From positions 1-53,819 of the forward strand of contig DAHVNW010000008.1 of NCBI GenBank assembly GCA_027319095.1: a DNA stretch of 53,819 nt, read 5' to 3'. The position numbers and the translations under genes are program-made. A model generated the notes under the pieces. It was not told the origin of the DNA and did no database searches. It was given only the letters and a program-made list of their open reading frames with translations. This document shows positions 29,088-39,581 of the stretch, piece after piece; the stretch's first letter is position 1; every line of letters begins with the position of its first letter. The stretch is from a bacterium (GTDB lineage: Bacteria; SZUA-79; Acidulodesulfobacterales; Acidulodesulfobacteraceae).

Positions 29088-30359
29088 ATGGAAAATAACA
29101 ATAAATACAAAGATGCAAGCTATCTAAACTGCGTTCACTGCGGTAAATGCCTGCCTGTTTGTCCTTCATACAATGCCGTTTTAGACGAGTTTTTCAGTCC
29201 AAGAGGCAGAATCCGCTTGATTTTGACGGATAACGGCGGCAAACTGCCCTTAAAAGCGTCTAAGATTTTCGAATCCATGTCTTCATGCCTTTTATGCGGA
29301 AGATGCGTAAAAATCTGTCCTAACGACGTAAAAATAGGCAGCCTGGTTATTAACGAAAAAATAAAATTAAACAAATATGCAGGCAATTTTCAGCCTAAGG
29401 AAAAATTCGTATTAAAAGCCCTTAAAAATAAGAGAAAAATTATACTTAAATCTGCTTTAAAAATCGCTAATATTTATCCGGTGGAAAAATTGGCGGACGG
29501 ATATTTCCCCGAACCCGAAGGTAAATCTTTTATTAGAAACAGGGATTTAATATTCAATGTAAGCGGAAAAAATATTTTAAAAGCCGGCTATTTCAGCGGG
29601 TGCGTTTTTAATAACATATATCCGCTCGTATCTTTAGATACGATAACGGCTTTAACGGAAAACGGCGTCGCGGTGTTTGTTCCTCAAGCGCAGGGTTGCT
29701 GCGGATTGCCTTTTATTTCGAGCGGCGACGTAAAATCATTTAAAGAGTTTGCGTTAAAAAATGCGACGGCTTTTAACGGCGAAAACTTAGACTACATAAT
29801 TACATCCTGCGCATCATGTTCTTATTCCGCAAATAATCTTTATCCTTTATATTTTGACGAAAACGACGAAGGGTATTCCGAAGTTATAAAATTTTCTAAA
29901 AAACTGATTAATATTTGGTCTTTTTTTAAAGAAGCCGAAAAAATAGGAATGGAAATAAAAAGCGGACAATTGAAAAAAGAAACGGACGCCGTATTTCATA
30001 TTCCTTGCCACCTTGCAAACGCTGCCGGTTTTAAGCCGTCCTCCCCTAATGAAAGATTAATCGGGGAGGCTGGTAAAATAATAGATAAAATCGGGGGCTT
30101 AAAATTAAAACCTTTGAAACATAATTATTGCTGCGGAAACGGCGGAATGTTGAACATCAAGCATTATAATCTGTCTAAAAAAATTACTAAACGCAAATTC
30201 GACGAGATTAAAGAATCATCTCCAAAAGAAATATTAACGTCGTGTTCCGGATGCATGTTTTCGTTGAAAGACCAAAAGGGAATTTTTAAAGAAAACGAAA
30301 TGTTGCCGGTAAGCCATTTAATAAGCGTTTATGCGGAAAGTTTAAATAATAAAAAGTGA
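29088..30359 (+). CDS. Fe-S oxidoreductase (GlcF-like; 2x 4Fe-4S motifs + CCG domains)
   Basis: CVHCGKCLPVCP, CLLCGRCVKICP, CCG motifs. Confidence 0.75.
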   Translation: MENNNKYKDASYLNCVHCGKCLPVCPSYNAVLDEFFSPRGRIRLILTDNGGKLPLKASKIFESMSSCLLCGRCVKICPNDVKIGSLVINEKIKLNKYAGNFQPKEKFVLKALKNKRKIILKSALKIANIYPVEKLADGYFPEPEGKSFIRNRDLIFNVSGKNILKAGYFSGCVFNNIYPLVSLDTITALTENGVAVFVPQAQGCCGLPFISSGDVKSFKEFALKNATAFNGENLDYIITSCASCSYSANNLYPLYFDENDEGYSEVIKFSKKLINIWSFFKEAEKIGMEIKSGQLKKETDAVFHIPCHLANAAGFKPSSPNERLIGEAGKIIDKIGGLKLKPLKHNYCCGNGGMLNIKHYNLSKKITKRKFDEIKESSPKEILTSCSGCMFSLKDQKGIFKENEMLPVSHLISVYAESLNNKK

Positions 30360-30385
30360 GGCGACTGACAAACAACGATGTTGTT

Positions 30386-30412
30386 AGGTACCCGATTTAA
30401 AATCGGGTACCT
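30386..30412. terminator. Bidirectional terminator hairpin between convergent genes (GGTACCCGA-tttaaaa-TCGGGTACC)
   Basis: Perfect 9-10-bp stem read directly. Confidence 0.6.
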
Positions 30413-30414
30413 GA

Positions 30415-31386
30415 TTATAATAACGGGAAATATTTAGGGTTTACAAGCATCGTTATTGCATTTTTTATTTTTTCTATTTTTACCGGAAGGTGTCCGGCAA
30501 ATTCACCGTCGCATTGATAGTATATATTATTATTTTCTGAAGGCTCTGAAGACGAAATCGTCATTTTTTCCGCTTTAATATAAAAATCAGGGTTTTGTTC
30601 GTATTTTTTATATAGCGTAAGCGATTTGAGAATGGAAAAAATAACGTCTATTCTTCCTTCGGCATTTTTCACCAATCTTATGTCGAATTTTTCGTTTAAA
30701 GGCGAATTTTTTGGGAACACTTTAAAGGGTCCGCCGTAATGCCTTATATTGGAAACTATAATTTCTTTAGCGGAATATTCTCCGTTTATTTCATTTCCGT
30801 AGGAAATTCCGCCGTATTCATTTTTATCGTTTATTTCTAAATGTAATTTACGAAAATTATAATTTTTAGACAGTTTAATTATATTCTTTATATAAGATAA
30901 ATATTTTATAAGGTTATTATATAATCTTTTTTTATTTTTTCTAATTTTTTCTTCCATGTTTTTTACGATGTAAGCATCGAAACCTATTCCTGTCATAGCA
31001 AAAAAATATCTGTCGTTTGCTTTCCCCAGATGTATTTTTACCGGCTTATATTTTAAAAAAATCTCTTCGAGCGCTTTTTTCAGAGAATAGGGCGTTTTGT
31101 TTTCGAGAGCGAAAAGATTTACCGTTCCCATCGGCAGATGACCGATAGGTATGTCGGTGAAGACCAGATTATTTATAACGTGGTTTAGGCTTCCGTCGCC
31201 TCCTGCAATTAAAACGGCATCGAATGAAACGGCAACCCTGTCTTTTACTATACAATTTTCGATTGCATCGAGGGTTTCAACCAAAATATTCCTTTTTCTA
31301 AAAAAATCTAAGATGAAAGTAAGTTTTTTTTTCGAGAAACGTCCGGATTTAGGGTTGTAAATAATTAATATTTTTTTTATGTTCAT
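30415..31386 (-). CDS. Diacylglycerol-kinase-catalytic-domain lipid kinase (YegS/BmrU family)
   Basis: IAGGDGSL motif and size. Confidence 0.75.
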   Translation of the reverse strand: MNIKKILIIYNPKSGRFSKKKLTFILDFFRKRNILVETLDAIENCIVKDRVAVSFDAVLIAGGDGSLNHVINNLVFTDIPIGHLPMGTVNLFALENKTPYSLKKALEEIFLKYKPVKIHLGKANDRYFFAMTGIGFDAYIVKNMEEKIRKNKKRLYNNLIKYLSYIKNIIKLSKNYNFRKLHLEINDKNEYGGISYGNEINGEYSAKEIIVSNIRHYGGPFKVFPKNSPLNEKFDIRLVKNAEGRIDVIFSILKSLTLYKKYEQNPDFYIKAEKMTISSSEPSENNNIYYQCDGEFAGHLPVKIEKIKNAITMLVNPKYFPLL

Positions 31387-31576
31387 TTAAATGTTTAATG
31401 CAACGAATTGCGTTATTTAACGGGCACAATTTGACTTTATCGGCATGCTCTATTATAATATAAAATAATAAAAATTATTATAAAATATTTTAAGGCAAAT
31501 ACTTAAATAATAATAACATGTAAACGCAAAAAATATGCATATTGATTTAATTAATTTATTTTAGGCTGGGGTTTTT

Positions 31577-32812
31577 ATGCATCATACAAATACAAGCATT
31601 GTAAATAAAAAGGTCTACATTCCTTATATGTCGGATGCGGCATATGCGTTAAGCGCAGCATTCAGAAGATGCGGAGTCGATTCGGAAGTTATGGACGAGT
31701 CCGACGAATCTACCCTAGATTTCGGTCTTAAGTTTACCAATGGAAACGAGTGCATGCCGTGTTTCGTAACAACCGGAGATATTGTTAAAGTAATAGAAAA
31801 ACCGGATTTCGACGCCAAGAAATCCGTTTTTTTTATGCCTACTTCAAAGGGGCCTTGTAAATTCGGACAGTATAACAGGCTTCACGAATTAGTCCTGGAT
31901 AATTTGGGCTATAATGAAGTAGAATTTTTAGTTCCCAGCGCCGCAAAATCATATACGGATTTCATCGGGGATAAGGCGACCGTTTTCAGAAGGGCCGCAT
32001 GGCAGGGCTGCGTCGCCGTAGATACTTTAGAAAAGGCCTTATATAGAGTTAGGCCGTACGAAACGACAAAAGGCGATACCGCGGCCGTTTACAAAGAATG
32101 CGTTAAATTGGTGGAAGATGCTGTCGAACTAGGAAAAGATATATTCTATACAATGGAGGTATGCGCTAAAAAGTTCGAGAAAATTCCTAAAAAAGACGAA
32201 GAAAGGCCGCTCATAGGAATTGTCGGCGAAATATTTTTAAGGTTAAATAAATTTACCAATAATTTTACCGCGGAAAAAGTTGAAGCGCTCGGCGGGGAAG
32301 TGTCGGTCGTTCCTACTTATAAATGGATAACGTTTACGACTTACGAGTATACCGTGAATTCTTTTAGAAACAAAAAGGTAAAAGATATGCTTTTAAGTTT
32401 CCTGGTAAATTATTATCAGAAAAAAGACGAAACAGGCATGTTTAAGCCTTTCAAAAAATTACTAAGAAATCATAAAGAAACGAACATTAAGGATATTCTG
32501 TCATATTCTAAAAAATATTTAGACTTGTCTTTAGGAGGGGAAGCGATTTTAACCGTAGGCGAGTCGGTCGATTTTGCTAAAAAAGGTTATTCCGGCGTAA
32601 TAAGCATACATCCTTTTCACTGTATGCCCGGTTCGATTGTTCAAATAGTTTCTAAAAAATTCAGGGAAGACCTTAATAATTTTCCATGGATAAATTTATG
32701 GTTCGACGGACAGGAAAGCACTAATTTAATGCTTAGATTAGAAGCGTTTATGCATCAGGCAAAACGGTGGAATTCTAGGGGGGTGAAAAATGAAAGTTTC
32801 GAAGCTGCGTAA
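31577..32812 (+). CDS. Hypothetical protein (possibly acyl-CoA dehydratase/activase-associated family)
   Basis: 411 aa. The family call rests on weak resemblance only. Confidence 0.35.
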   Translation: MHHTNTSIVNKKVYIPYMSDAAYALSAAFRRCGVDSEVMDESDESTLDFGLKFTNGNECMPCFVTTGDIVKVIEKPDFDAKKSVFFMPTSKGPCKFGQYNRLHELVLDNLGYNEVEFLVPSAAKSYTDFIGDKATVFRRAAWQGCVAVDTLEKALYRVRPYETTKGDTAAVYKECVKLVEDAVELGKDIFYTMEVCAKKFEKIPKKDEERPLIGIVGEIFLRLNKFTNNFTAEKVEALGGEVSVVPTYKWITFTTYEYTVNSFRNKKVKDMLLSFLVNYYQKKDETGMFKPFKKLLRNHKETNIKDILSYSKKYLDLSLGGEAILTVGESVDFAKKGYSGVISIHPFHCMPGSIVQIVSKKFREDLNNFPWINLWFDGQESTNLMLRLEAFMHQAKRWNSRGVKNESFEAA

Positions 32813-33896
32813 ATATTTAATTCTAATTTTAATTTCTTCATTTTTAACCGCTTTATCCTGCGGACTGTTAATTCAAAAATCATCCGCATATGGTTACAAT
32901 GCAGTCTCGAGAGGCTCCTTAGTCGAGCGTCTTTTTAACAAGCTCAAACCGAGCATAGTTCATATAGAAGTTTTAGGGTTTGTCAGGCTGAAAAACGGCG
33001 CCATAATGCCGCAAGAAGATATAGGGACGGGGTTTTTTATCAACAAGAACGGGGATATACTTACAAATTTTCATGTTATAGGAAATGCCGGTAAAATTTT
33101 TATCAGTTTTTTGAAATATAAAGATATAAGAGCCAATGTCGTCGGAACTGATCCGACGTCCGATATAGCCGTTATACATATTAATCCGGCAGGCAAAAAG
33201 ATAATGCCGCTAACCTTGGGCAATTCCGGAGATTTAAGAGTCGGGGAAAGGGTTATGGCCATCGGCAATCCTTATAACCTTTATCAAACAGTTACTACCG
33301 GAATTATAAGCGGCTTAAAAAGGTCGCTTTTTTTCCCCTCAGCAAGTTTTTACGGTAACATAATACAGACCGATGCGGCGATTAATCCAGGCAATTCCGG
33401 CGGGCCTTTGGTCAATTACAGGGGCCATGTTATCGGAATAAATACGGCCAAACTTGCAAATAGCGCGCAAAATATAGGGTTTGCTATTCCTATAAACCTT
33501 GCAAAGAAAAACATGCGCGAGCTTATTAAATACGGAAGAGTTATTCGTCCGTGGCTGGGGATAGAAGCCATAAAACTTACCGGAAGCCTTGCTAAGCTTC
33601 TTGGTATAGCTTATGTCAAAAGAGGATTGCTGGTAGAAAAAGTTTTTCCGGGCAGCCCGGCATCGGAAGCCGGTCTTGTTGCCGGCAATAGGATTATAGC
33701 TATGAAGAATATTACTTATATAATAGGCGGAGATATCATAACGCGCATCGACAATAAAAAAGTTTATTCGTTTTCCCGTTTAGAAGAATTAATAAGCACG
33801 TTTACTCCGGGACAGATTATTACAGTTAAGATACACATGGAAAAATCGATAAAATTAATTAAAGTCAGGCTGTCGAGCATGCCGGTATTGAAATAA
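32790..33896 (+). CDS. HtrA/DegP-family serine protease with PDZ domain
   Basis: Catalytic GNSGGPL. A C-terminal PDZ-like region is assumed from the family call and was not checked in the translation. Confidence 0.85.
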   Translation: MKVSKLRKYLILILISSFLTALSCGLLIQKSSAYGYNAVSRGSLVERLFNKLKPSIVHIEVLGFVRLKNGAIMPQEDIGTGFFINKNGDILTNFHVIGNAGKIFISFLKYKDIRANVVGTDPTSDIAVIHINPAGKKIMPLTLGNSGDLRVGERVMAIGNPYNLYQTVTTGIISGLKRSLFFPSASFYGNIIQTDAAINPGNSGGPLVNYRGHVIGINTAKLANSAQNIGFAIPINLAKKNMRELIKYGRVIRPWLGIEAIKLTGSLAKLLGIAYVKRGLLVEKVFPGSPASEAGLVAGNRIIAMKNITYIIGGDIITRIDNKKVYSFSRLEELISTFTPGQIITVKIHMEKSIKLIKVRLSSMPVLK

Positions 33897-33915
33897 AGTC
33901 ATAGAGGTTCAAAAT

Positions 33916-34554
33916 ATGTTTTTGACAGAAAAAAAAGATATACTTGAAATAGACGAGTCGTTAAAAAAATATAAAAAAATAGGAATTATCGGATGCGCTT
34001 CCTGCGCTTCGGTCTGTCTCACAGGCGGCAGTAAGGAAGTTGCCGACATGGAAAGACATATGACGGCTATCGGCAAAGATGTAACTTTTACTATTTCTAT
34101 AGACGAACCATGCGATAAAAGAGTATTAAAAGAAGATATAAGATTTGTCGAAGACGAAATTAAAAATACCGAAGCCGTAGTGGTTTTGTCTTGCGGCACG
34201 GGTGTGCAGACTATAGGCGAATTCATCGGAAAAAAAGTTGTAGCCGGGACTGACAGTAAATTTATTGCACGGACCGAACATATCGGAAAATATGACGCAT
34301 TGTGCGGCGGATGCGACGAATGCAGGTTAAATTTTACCGGAGGAGTTTGTACTATAACGCTATGTCCTAAAGGCTTGCTTAACGGACCCTGCGAGGGCCA
34401 TAACGGCATTAACTGCGAAGTTTATGAAGATAAAGAATGCGTGTTTATAAAATCATACGAACTACTGTTAAAATATTCGGAAGAAGAAAATTTAAATAAA
34501 ATATTCAACCCCAGAGATTACGGCAAGTTAGCAGTTAAAAGCTCAAAAATATAA
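33916..34554 (+). CDS. Cys-rich MetV-like protein (MTHFR-associated zinc-ribbon family)
   Basis: GIIGCASCASVCLTGG and multiple CxxC motifs. 212 aa, upstream of a MetF-like gene as in acetogen metV-metF. Confidence 0.35.
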   Translation: MFLTEKKDILEIDESLKKYKKIGIIGCASCASVCLTGGSKEVADMERHMTAIGKDVTFTISIDEPCDKRVLKEDIRFVEDEIKNTEAVVVLSCGTGVQTIGEFIGKKVVAGTDSKFIARTEHIGKYDALCGGCDECRLNFTGGVCTITLCPKGLLNGPCEGHNGINCEVYEDKECVFIKSYELLLKYSEEENLNKIFNPRDYGKLAVKSSKI

Positions 34555-34661
34555 TTTATTGTATATAGCCTTATATTTATAATTGTAAAAGAATATTAGA
34601 GTGCCTGAATAAAAAATAAGCGCGTTTATTTCCGTTAATCTCGGAGCAGACAATAAAGCAT

Positions 34662-35492
34662 ATGTATATTATACCGCAAATCGAAACGCCTGTCAGCGAA
34701 AATTATCTCGTTTTTGAAGAAAACTTAATTAATCTTTTAGAAACAATAGAAAAATCCGGATTAAACGTAAACGATAAAAATCCGGAAAAACATTTTCCGG
34801 ATTTAATATTAGAGCAGAATTTCGGAGTAAACGGCTTGGTTCTGTGCAGCGATTTAATAAAACGCGGATGCGGCGGTTTTAAAACGGCTTACGCATTTAG
34901 CATGAGAGATAAAAACCGCATATCTATTTTATCGGACCTTATAACCCTCAAACAGATTGGAATTAAAGACATAATAGTTTCGGAAGGCCTTCATCCCTCG
35001 AAGACAGAGTTTAAAACCGCTAAGCCGGTTTACGATATAGACGTTTTAGGTTTCGGATTAACATTAAAAAGCCGATTAATGAGCGATTTTTCAGATTCAA
35101 ACGGCAATAACGACGGTGATGTTACATGCAATAATATAGATAATATCGGTAAATTCGATTTTTTTAATTTTGGAGTTGTTTCGGGGATGACATCGTTTGC
35201 GGACGTTTTAAAAGTAAAAAAACTTATTAAAATAGGCGCAGACAGGATTATATTGAATTTGGCAAATCGTACGGATTATAGCGCCGAAAATCTTGAGAAA
35301 CCTTTAATGATTGATATAATAAATAATATAAAATCAGAAAAGAAAGAGGTTTTTTTATATGTTAAAGAACTAAGTATAGGCTATTCCCTTGAAGATTTTT
35401 TAAAAAAAGTCGAAAATTTAAATATAGACGGCGTTATAGTAAAAATTATCGACGAAAAAGCAAATGTTTTTATACACAAGGCGTTAAAGTAA
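34662..35492 (+). CDS. Methylenetetrahydrofolate-reductase-like TIM-barrel protein (tentative)
   Basis: Size and weak similarity to MetF; gene order with the MetV-like gene. Confidence 0.3.
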   Translation: MYIIPQIETPVSENYLVFEENLINLLETIEKSGLNVNDKNPEKHFPDLILEQNFGVNGLVLCSDLIKRGCGGFKTAYAFSMRDKNRISILSDLITLKQIGIKDIIVSEGLHPSKTEFKTAKPVYDIDVLGFGLTLKSRLMSDFSDSNGNNDGDVTCNNIDNIGKFDFFNFGVVSGMTSFADVLKVKKLIKIGADRIILNLANRTDYSAENLEKPLMIDIINNIKSEKKEVFLYVKELSIGYSLEDFLKKVENLNIDGVIVKIIDEKANVFIHKALK

Positions 35493-35525
35493 CGGTTAAT
35501 AATCTAATCTAAGAAATAATTTAAG

Positions 35526-37550
35526 ATGGGAAAAGGCAATTTATTCGTAAACGGCATTGACGCCGACAAAGCTATCGTTCTTGGCAACGAAGCCATAGCC
35601 CGGGGCGCTTTAGAGGCGGGTATCGGCTATGCTTCTATGTATCCTGGAACTCCTGCTTCCGAAATCATAGCCGTTCTAGATAAAAATAAAAAATATATCG
35701 AAAATTTATATACGGAATTTAGTTTAAACGAGCACATATCCCTGCACGGCGCCATAGGCGCATCATGGTCCGGCATAAGGTCGCTTTGCGCTATGAAAAA
35801 CGTCGGACTTAACGTTGCAAGCGAACCCGCTCAGTTTTTAGCTTATACCGGCGTTAAAGCAGGTTTAGTTCTTGCCATAGGATCCGACCCAGGCGCTCCT
35901 AGCAGTTCGAACGAACAGGACGACAGATGGTACAGCCTGCATACTTTTATGCCGGTATTGGAACCCTCGAATATTCAAGAAGCCAAAGATTTTACTAAGA
36001 ACTCTTTCGACGTGTCCGAAGAGTTTTCTTTCGGAATAGTTGTAATGGCTCCTTCCAGACTGTGCCATAATGCCGGCACGCTTTATTTCGGTGATTTAAG
36101 GGACAGGTCTAATATTAAAGGTAATTTTAAAAAAGACCCGGAAAATTATCTAAATCTTTTTGGTATGGCAGTGAAAAATCATGCTAAATTTTTAGAAAGA
36201 AGCGAACTCCTTAAAAAGTTTCTTGCAAAGTCGGATTTCAATAAAATTATTAACGGCGGTCGGTCGAAAACAGGATTTATATCTTCAGGCGTAATTTATG
36301 CCCATTTAATGGAAGCTCTCGATGTTCTCGGCGTGGACGACCATAAGATATTGAAACTTGGTTTTACTTTTCCGTTATCGGAAGAACTTTTTAAAGAATT
36401 TTTTAAGGGATTGGATGAAATTTTAATTATAGAAGAGGCGGAAGGTTTTTTGGAATTTCAGATTAAAAAGATAGCATACGAATTGGGATTTAAAGGCCGG
36501 ATTTATGGAAAAGAGTTTTTTAAACGCACGGGAGAATTAACGTTAGACGGCGTTATGACAGGGATAAGCCGGTTTCTCGAAAAACCGCTCCCGGCTTATT
36601 TTGACTTTGCCGTCCGTAAGGATAAAGAATTATCCGGCAAGCTTCCCCAAAGGTCGGGTACATTTTGTATAGGTTGTCCGCATCGCGCGACTTTTTATTC
36701 TATACTTAAAGCGGTAGGGTTTTCAAATGCAAACGGCAAAGAAAGAGACGTGGTTATCGCCGGAGATATAGGATGTTATACTCTTGGACTTTTGCCGCCG
36801 TATAGCGCAATGGATTTTCTTACCTGTATGAACGCCGGTCTAGGAATAGGCCAGGCGATAAGTATTTTCGATAAAAAGAAAAAAGTCATTGCTCTTGTCG
36901 GAGATTCTACGTTTTATCATTCGGGAATACCGGTTTTAATTAACGCCGTCCGGAATAATGCCGACGTCCTGTACATTATTCTCGATAACAGCTGGACGGC
37001 TATGACTGGACATCAAGGAACGCCGTCCACACAAAAGGACGCCTTTGGCATTGCAACGGGGAATGCTATAAATTTGAAGGATTTGGTAAAAACGCTCGGA
37101 GTCTCCTATATAAAAAGCATTGACCCAAACAGCGTTAGAAGATTTGCGTCCCAAATAAAAAGCGCCTTAAAGGAACCCGGCGTTAAGGTATTGATTGCCA
37201 AAAGAGAATGCGTTTTACAGGAAATAAGGAGAAATAAAATATTAAAAAAGAATGAAAACGGAATTTCGGGGACAGGCGAATCTTTATATGAAATTCAAAA
37301 AAATAGATGCGTTAAATGCAACGAATGTTTCACGGAGCTTGCATGCCCGGCTATTATTCTTAAAAAAGGCGTTCAAGGGGAGGAAAATTATTATTATATA
37401 GACCCGGCTTCCTGCGTAAAATGCGGCGTATGCTACGAAGTATGTCCAAACAGCGCAATACGCAAGGTGGAATTCGATTTAAGACCGGAATTTAAGTTAA
37501 TTGAAAAAAAAATAGACGAAGAATTAAGCGAAGTTCCGGCTAATATATGA
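35526..37550 (+). CDS. iorA: Indolepyruvate:ferredoxin oxidoreductase alpha subunit
   Basis: TPP-binding GDIGCYTLG; two ferredoxin-type clusters (CVKCNEC...CP, CVKCGVCYEVCP). Confidence 0.8.
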   Translation: MGKGNLFVNGIDADKAIVLGNEAIARGALEAGIGYASMYPGTPASEIIAVLDKNKKYIENLYTEFSLNEHISLHGAIGASWSGIRSLCAMKNVGLNVASEPAQFLAYTGVKAGLVLAIGSDPGAPSSSNEQDDRWYSLHTFMPVLEPSNIQEAKDFTKNSFDVSEEFSFGIVVMAPSRLCHNAGTLYFGDLRDRSNIKGNFKKDPENYLNLFGMAVKNHAKFLERSELLKKFLAKSDFNKIINGGRSKTGFISSGVIYAHLMEALDVLGVDDHKILKLGFTFPLSEELFKEFFKGLDEILIIEEAEGFLEFQIKKIAYELGFKGRIYGKEFFKRTGELTLDGVMTGISRFLEKPLPAYFDFAVRKDKELSGKLPQRSGTFCIGCPHRATFYSILKAVGFSNANGKERDVVIAGDIGCYTLGLLPPYSAMDFLTCMNAGLGIGQAISIFDKKKKVIALVGDSTFYHSGIPVLINAVRNNADVLYIILDNSWTAMTGHQGTPSTQKDAFGIATGNAINLKDLVKTLGVSYIKSIDPNSVRRFASQIKSALKEPGVKVLIAKRECVLQEIRRNKILKKNENGISGTGESLYEIQKNRCVKCNECFTELACPAIILKKGVQGEENYYYIDPASCVKCGVCYEVCPNSAIRKVEFDLRPEFKLIEKKIDEELSEVPANI

Positions 37551-37554
37551 ATTT

Positions 37555-38172
37555 ATGAAAAAATTTAATATTGCCATAATAGGTTTGGGCGGTCAGGGTA
37601 TTATTACAATGGGAACTGTAATGAAAAATGCCGCATTAAGTTCCGATTTGCGGGATGTGTCAGGTTCTGAAAGAAGAGGCGGCGCACAAAGGGAAGGATA
37701 TGTCGAAACTTTCGTGAAATATATATTTTACGAAAATCGCAGCGAGATGTCCGACCCAAGAAAAAATATGCATTCTCCAATGATAGAATCAGGCGGAGCT
37801 AACGCTTTAATTTCTTTGGAACCTTTGGAAACGCTCAGGGGCATTCGGTATTTAAACGGAAATTCCACGGTAATATTCAATATGACCCCTTATATACCGG
37901 TAAGCGTAAGAATGAATAAAACTGAATATCCCGAAATTTCTTTCATAGTTTCGGAGCTGGAAAAAATAACCGAAAATATATTTTATTACGATTTCGATAA
38001 AATTTCGATAGAAAATTTTAATTCGCTTACTCAAAAAAATATTGTGGCTTTGGGAGCGCTGTTTGCAAAAACCGACATACCGATTCACACATCGGCTATA
38101 GAAAAAATACTTGCGTCCGGTAAGGGTGCCAAGGATAATTTAAGAGCATTCGATATAGGGCTTAAACTGTAA
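37555..38172 (+). CDS. iorB: Indolepyruvate oxidoreductase beta subunit
   Basis: IAIIGLGGQGIITMG N-terminus. Confidence 0.75.
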   Translation: MKKFNIAIIGLGGQGIITMGTVMKNAALSSDLRDVSGSERRGGAQREGYVETFVKYIFYENRSEMSDPRKNMHSPMIESGGANALISLEPLETLRGIRYLNGNSTVIFNMTPYIPVSVRMNKTEYPEISFIVSELEKITENIFYYDFDKISIENFNSLTQKNIVALGALFAKTDIPIHTSAIEKILASGKGAKDNLRAFDIGLKL

Positions 38173-38188
38173 ACAAAAAAATAAAAAA

Positions 38189-38926
38189 ATGGAAAAAAAA
38201 ATTCTTGCATACGGGGTTGAATTAAAACGACTGATGGAAGACGTAAAATCTTTTTTTTCCGATAAAAAAGACTTTTTTACTTTAATGTCCGCTGTCGAAG
38301 ACTATATGCTCGAGCATGAAACTAAATCTCTAAATAAATCCAATAAATACGTCTTGAAATCAAATGCTCTAAAATTTTTAAAAGATATAAAAATAAACGA
38401 ATGTATGCAATGCGAATTAAGCAAATCGCGAAATAAAATCGTTTTCGGAGAAGGCAATGCAGACAGCAGGCTAATGTTTATAGGGGAAGCGCCGGGAGCC
38501 GACGAAGACAATACCGGCAGGCCTTTTGTAGGAAGGGCGGGGCAGCTCCTGACTAAAATAATTGAATCTATAAATCTTAAGAGGGAAGACGTATATATTG
38601 CCAACATAATTAAATGCAGGCCGCCCGGAAACAGGAACCCCTTGGAAGATGAGATAATTTTCTGCGCTCCGTTTCTAAAAGAGCAGATTTCTATAATCAG
38701 GCCGAAAATAATATGTACGCTTGGAAAATTTTCTACAGAATTTATTATAGGCAAAGATAAAGGAACAATATCTTCCGTAAGAGGTAAAGAGTTCGATTAT
38801 GAAGGGATGACCGTTATACCCACCTATCATCCGTCTTATTTATTGAGAAATCCCGCAGCAAAAAAAGAAACGTGGGAAGATATGAAAAAAATAAGAAGTT
38901 TATATTTTAGTAAAACTGATATATAA
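38189..38926 (+). CDS. Uracil-DNA glycosylase family 4
   Basis: GEGNADSRLMFIGEAPGADED...GRPFVGRAGQLL. Confidence 0.85.
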   Translation: MEKKILAYGVELKRLMEDVKSFFSDKKDFFTLMSAVEDYMLEHETKSLNKSNKYVLKSNALKFLKDIKINECMQCELSKSRNKIVFGEGNADSRLMFIGEAPGADEDNTGRPFVGRAGQLLTKIIESINLKREDVYIANIIKCRPPGNRNPLEDEIIFCAPFLKEQISIIRPKIICTLGKFSTEFIIGKDKGTISSVRGKEFDYEGMTVIPTYHPSYLLRNPAAKKETWEDMKKIRSLYFSKTDI

Positions 38927-38973
38927 TTTATATAGATTAACAAGTATTTGGCTGATAAAGTTTCTATTAATTT

Positions 38974-39423
38974 ATGGTTTATTTTGCGGACTTTTTAATA
39001 TTTTTTGCCTTCCTATTAGTTATTACCGATTTTTTTGCTATGAGTTACGGCGTTTTTACGGCTGCAGGGGCAATTTTTTTTGTAGTGGGAACTATTATTC
39101 TTTTTTACATCGTGCATAGCGTTCCCATTTTTTTCGTAAGAATAGTCCTTCCGACTTATATCGTATTAACCGTATTTGTAGCTATTTTTGTTTATCTTGG
39201 CTATAAGGCCTACCGGTCTAAGGTAAAAACAGGAGAAGCGACTTTATTGAACGAGGTCGGAGAGATTAAATCGGACGTTAAGCCGGGGAAAGACGGCAAA
39301 ATTCTTATAAACGGAGAGTTGTGGACGGCTTTTTCCGACTACGAGATATTAAGCGGAAGCAATGCGGTAGTTTTAGAAATAGATAAGAGGCTGAGGCTTA
39401 AAGTTAAATCCGCAATTAAATAG
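38974..39423 (+). CDS. NfeD-like membrane protein (stomatin operon partner)
   Basis: TM helices plus a C-terminal OB-like domain, preceding an SPFH gene. Confidence 0.65.
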   Translation: MVYFADFLIFFAFLLVITDFFAMSYGVFTAAGAIFFVVGTIILFYIVHSVPIFFVRIVLPTYIVLTVFVAIFVYLGYKAYRSKVKTGEATLLNEVGEIKSDVKPGKDGKILINGELWTAFSDYEILSGSNAVVLEIDKRLRLKVKSAIK

Positions 39424-39581
39424 ACTTTAGTACCCAAATTTAATCCGGGTATTTAAACCAAATAAAATGCAAGGATATCCGGTTAAATCGGGTATCTAAC
39501 AAATAACATAGATCGACGAATATTTACACTCTAAAAGTCGCGAAGCGACTTGATTATAATATTTAAATGTGAGGAGGATAT

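Noticed and set aside
31577-32812. Assigning the 411-aa protein to the 2-hydroxyglutaryl-CoA dehydratase family
   Set aside because: Resemblance is too weak without a profile search; left as hypothetical.
39424-39500. Repeated CCGGGTAT/ATCGGGTA-containing segments resembling the 30386 terminator hairpin
   Set aside because: Only partial and imperfect symmetry, too weak to call a repeat family from one window.
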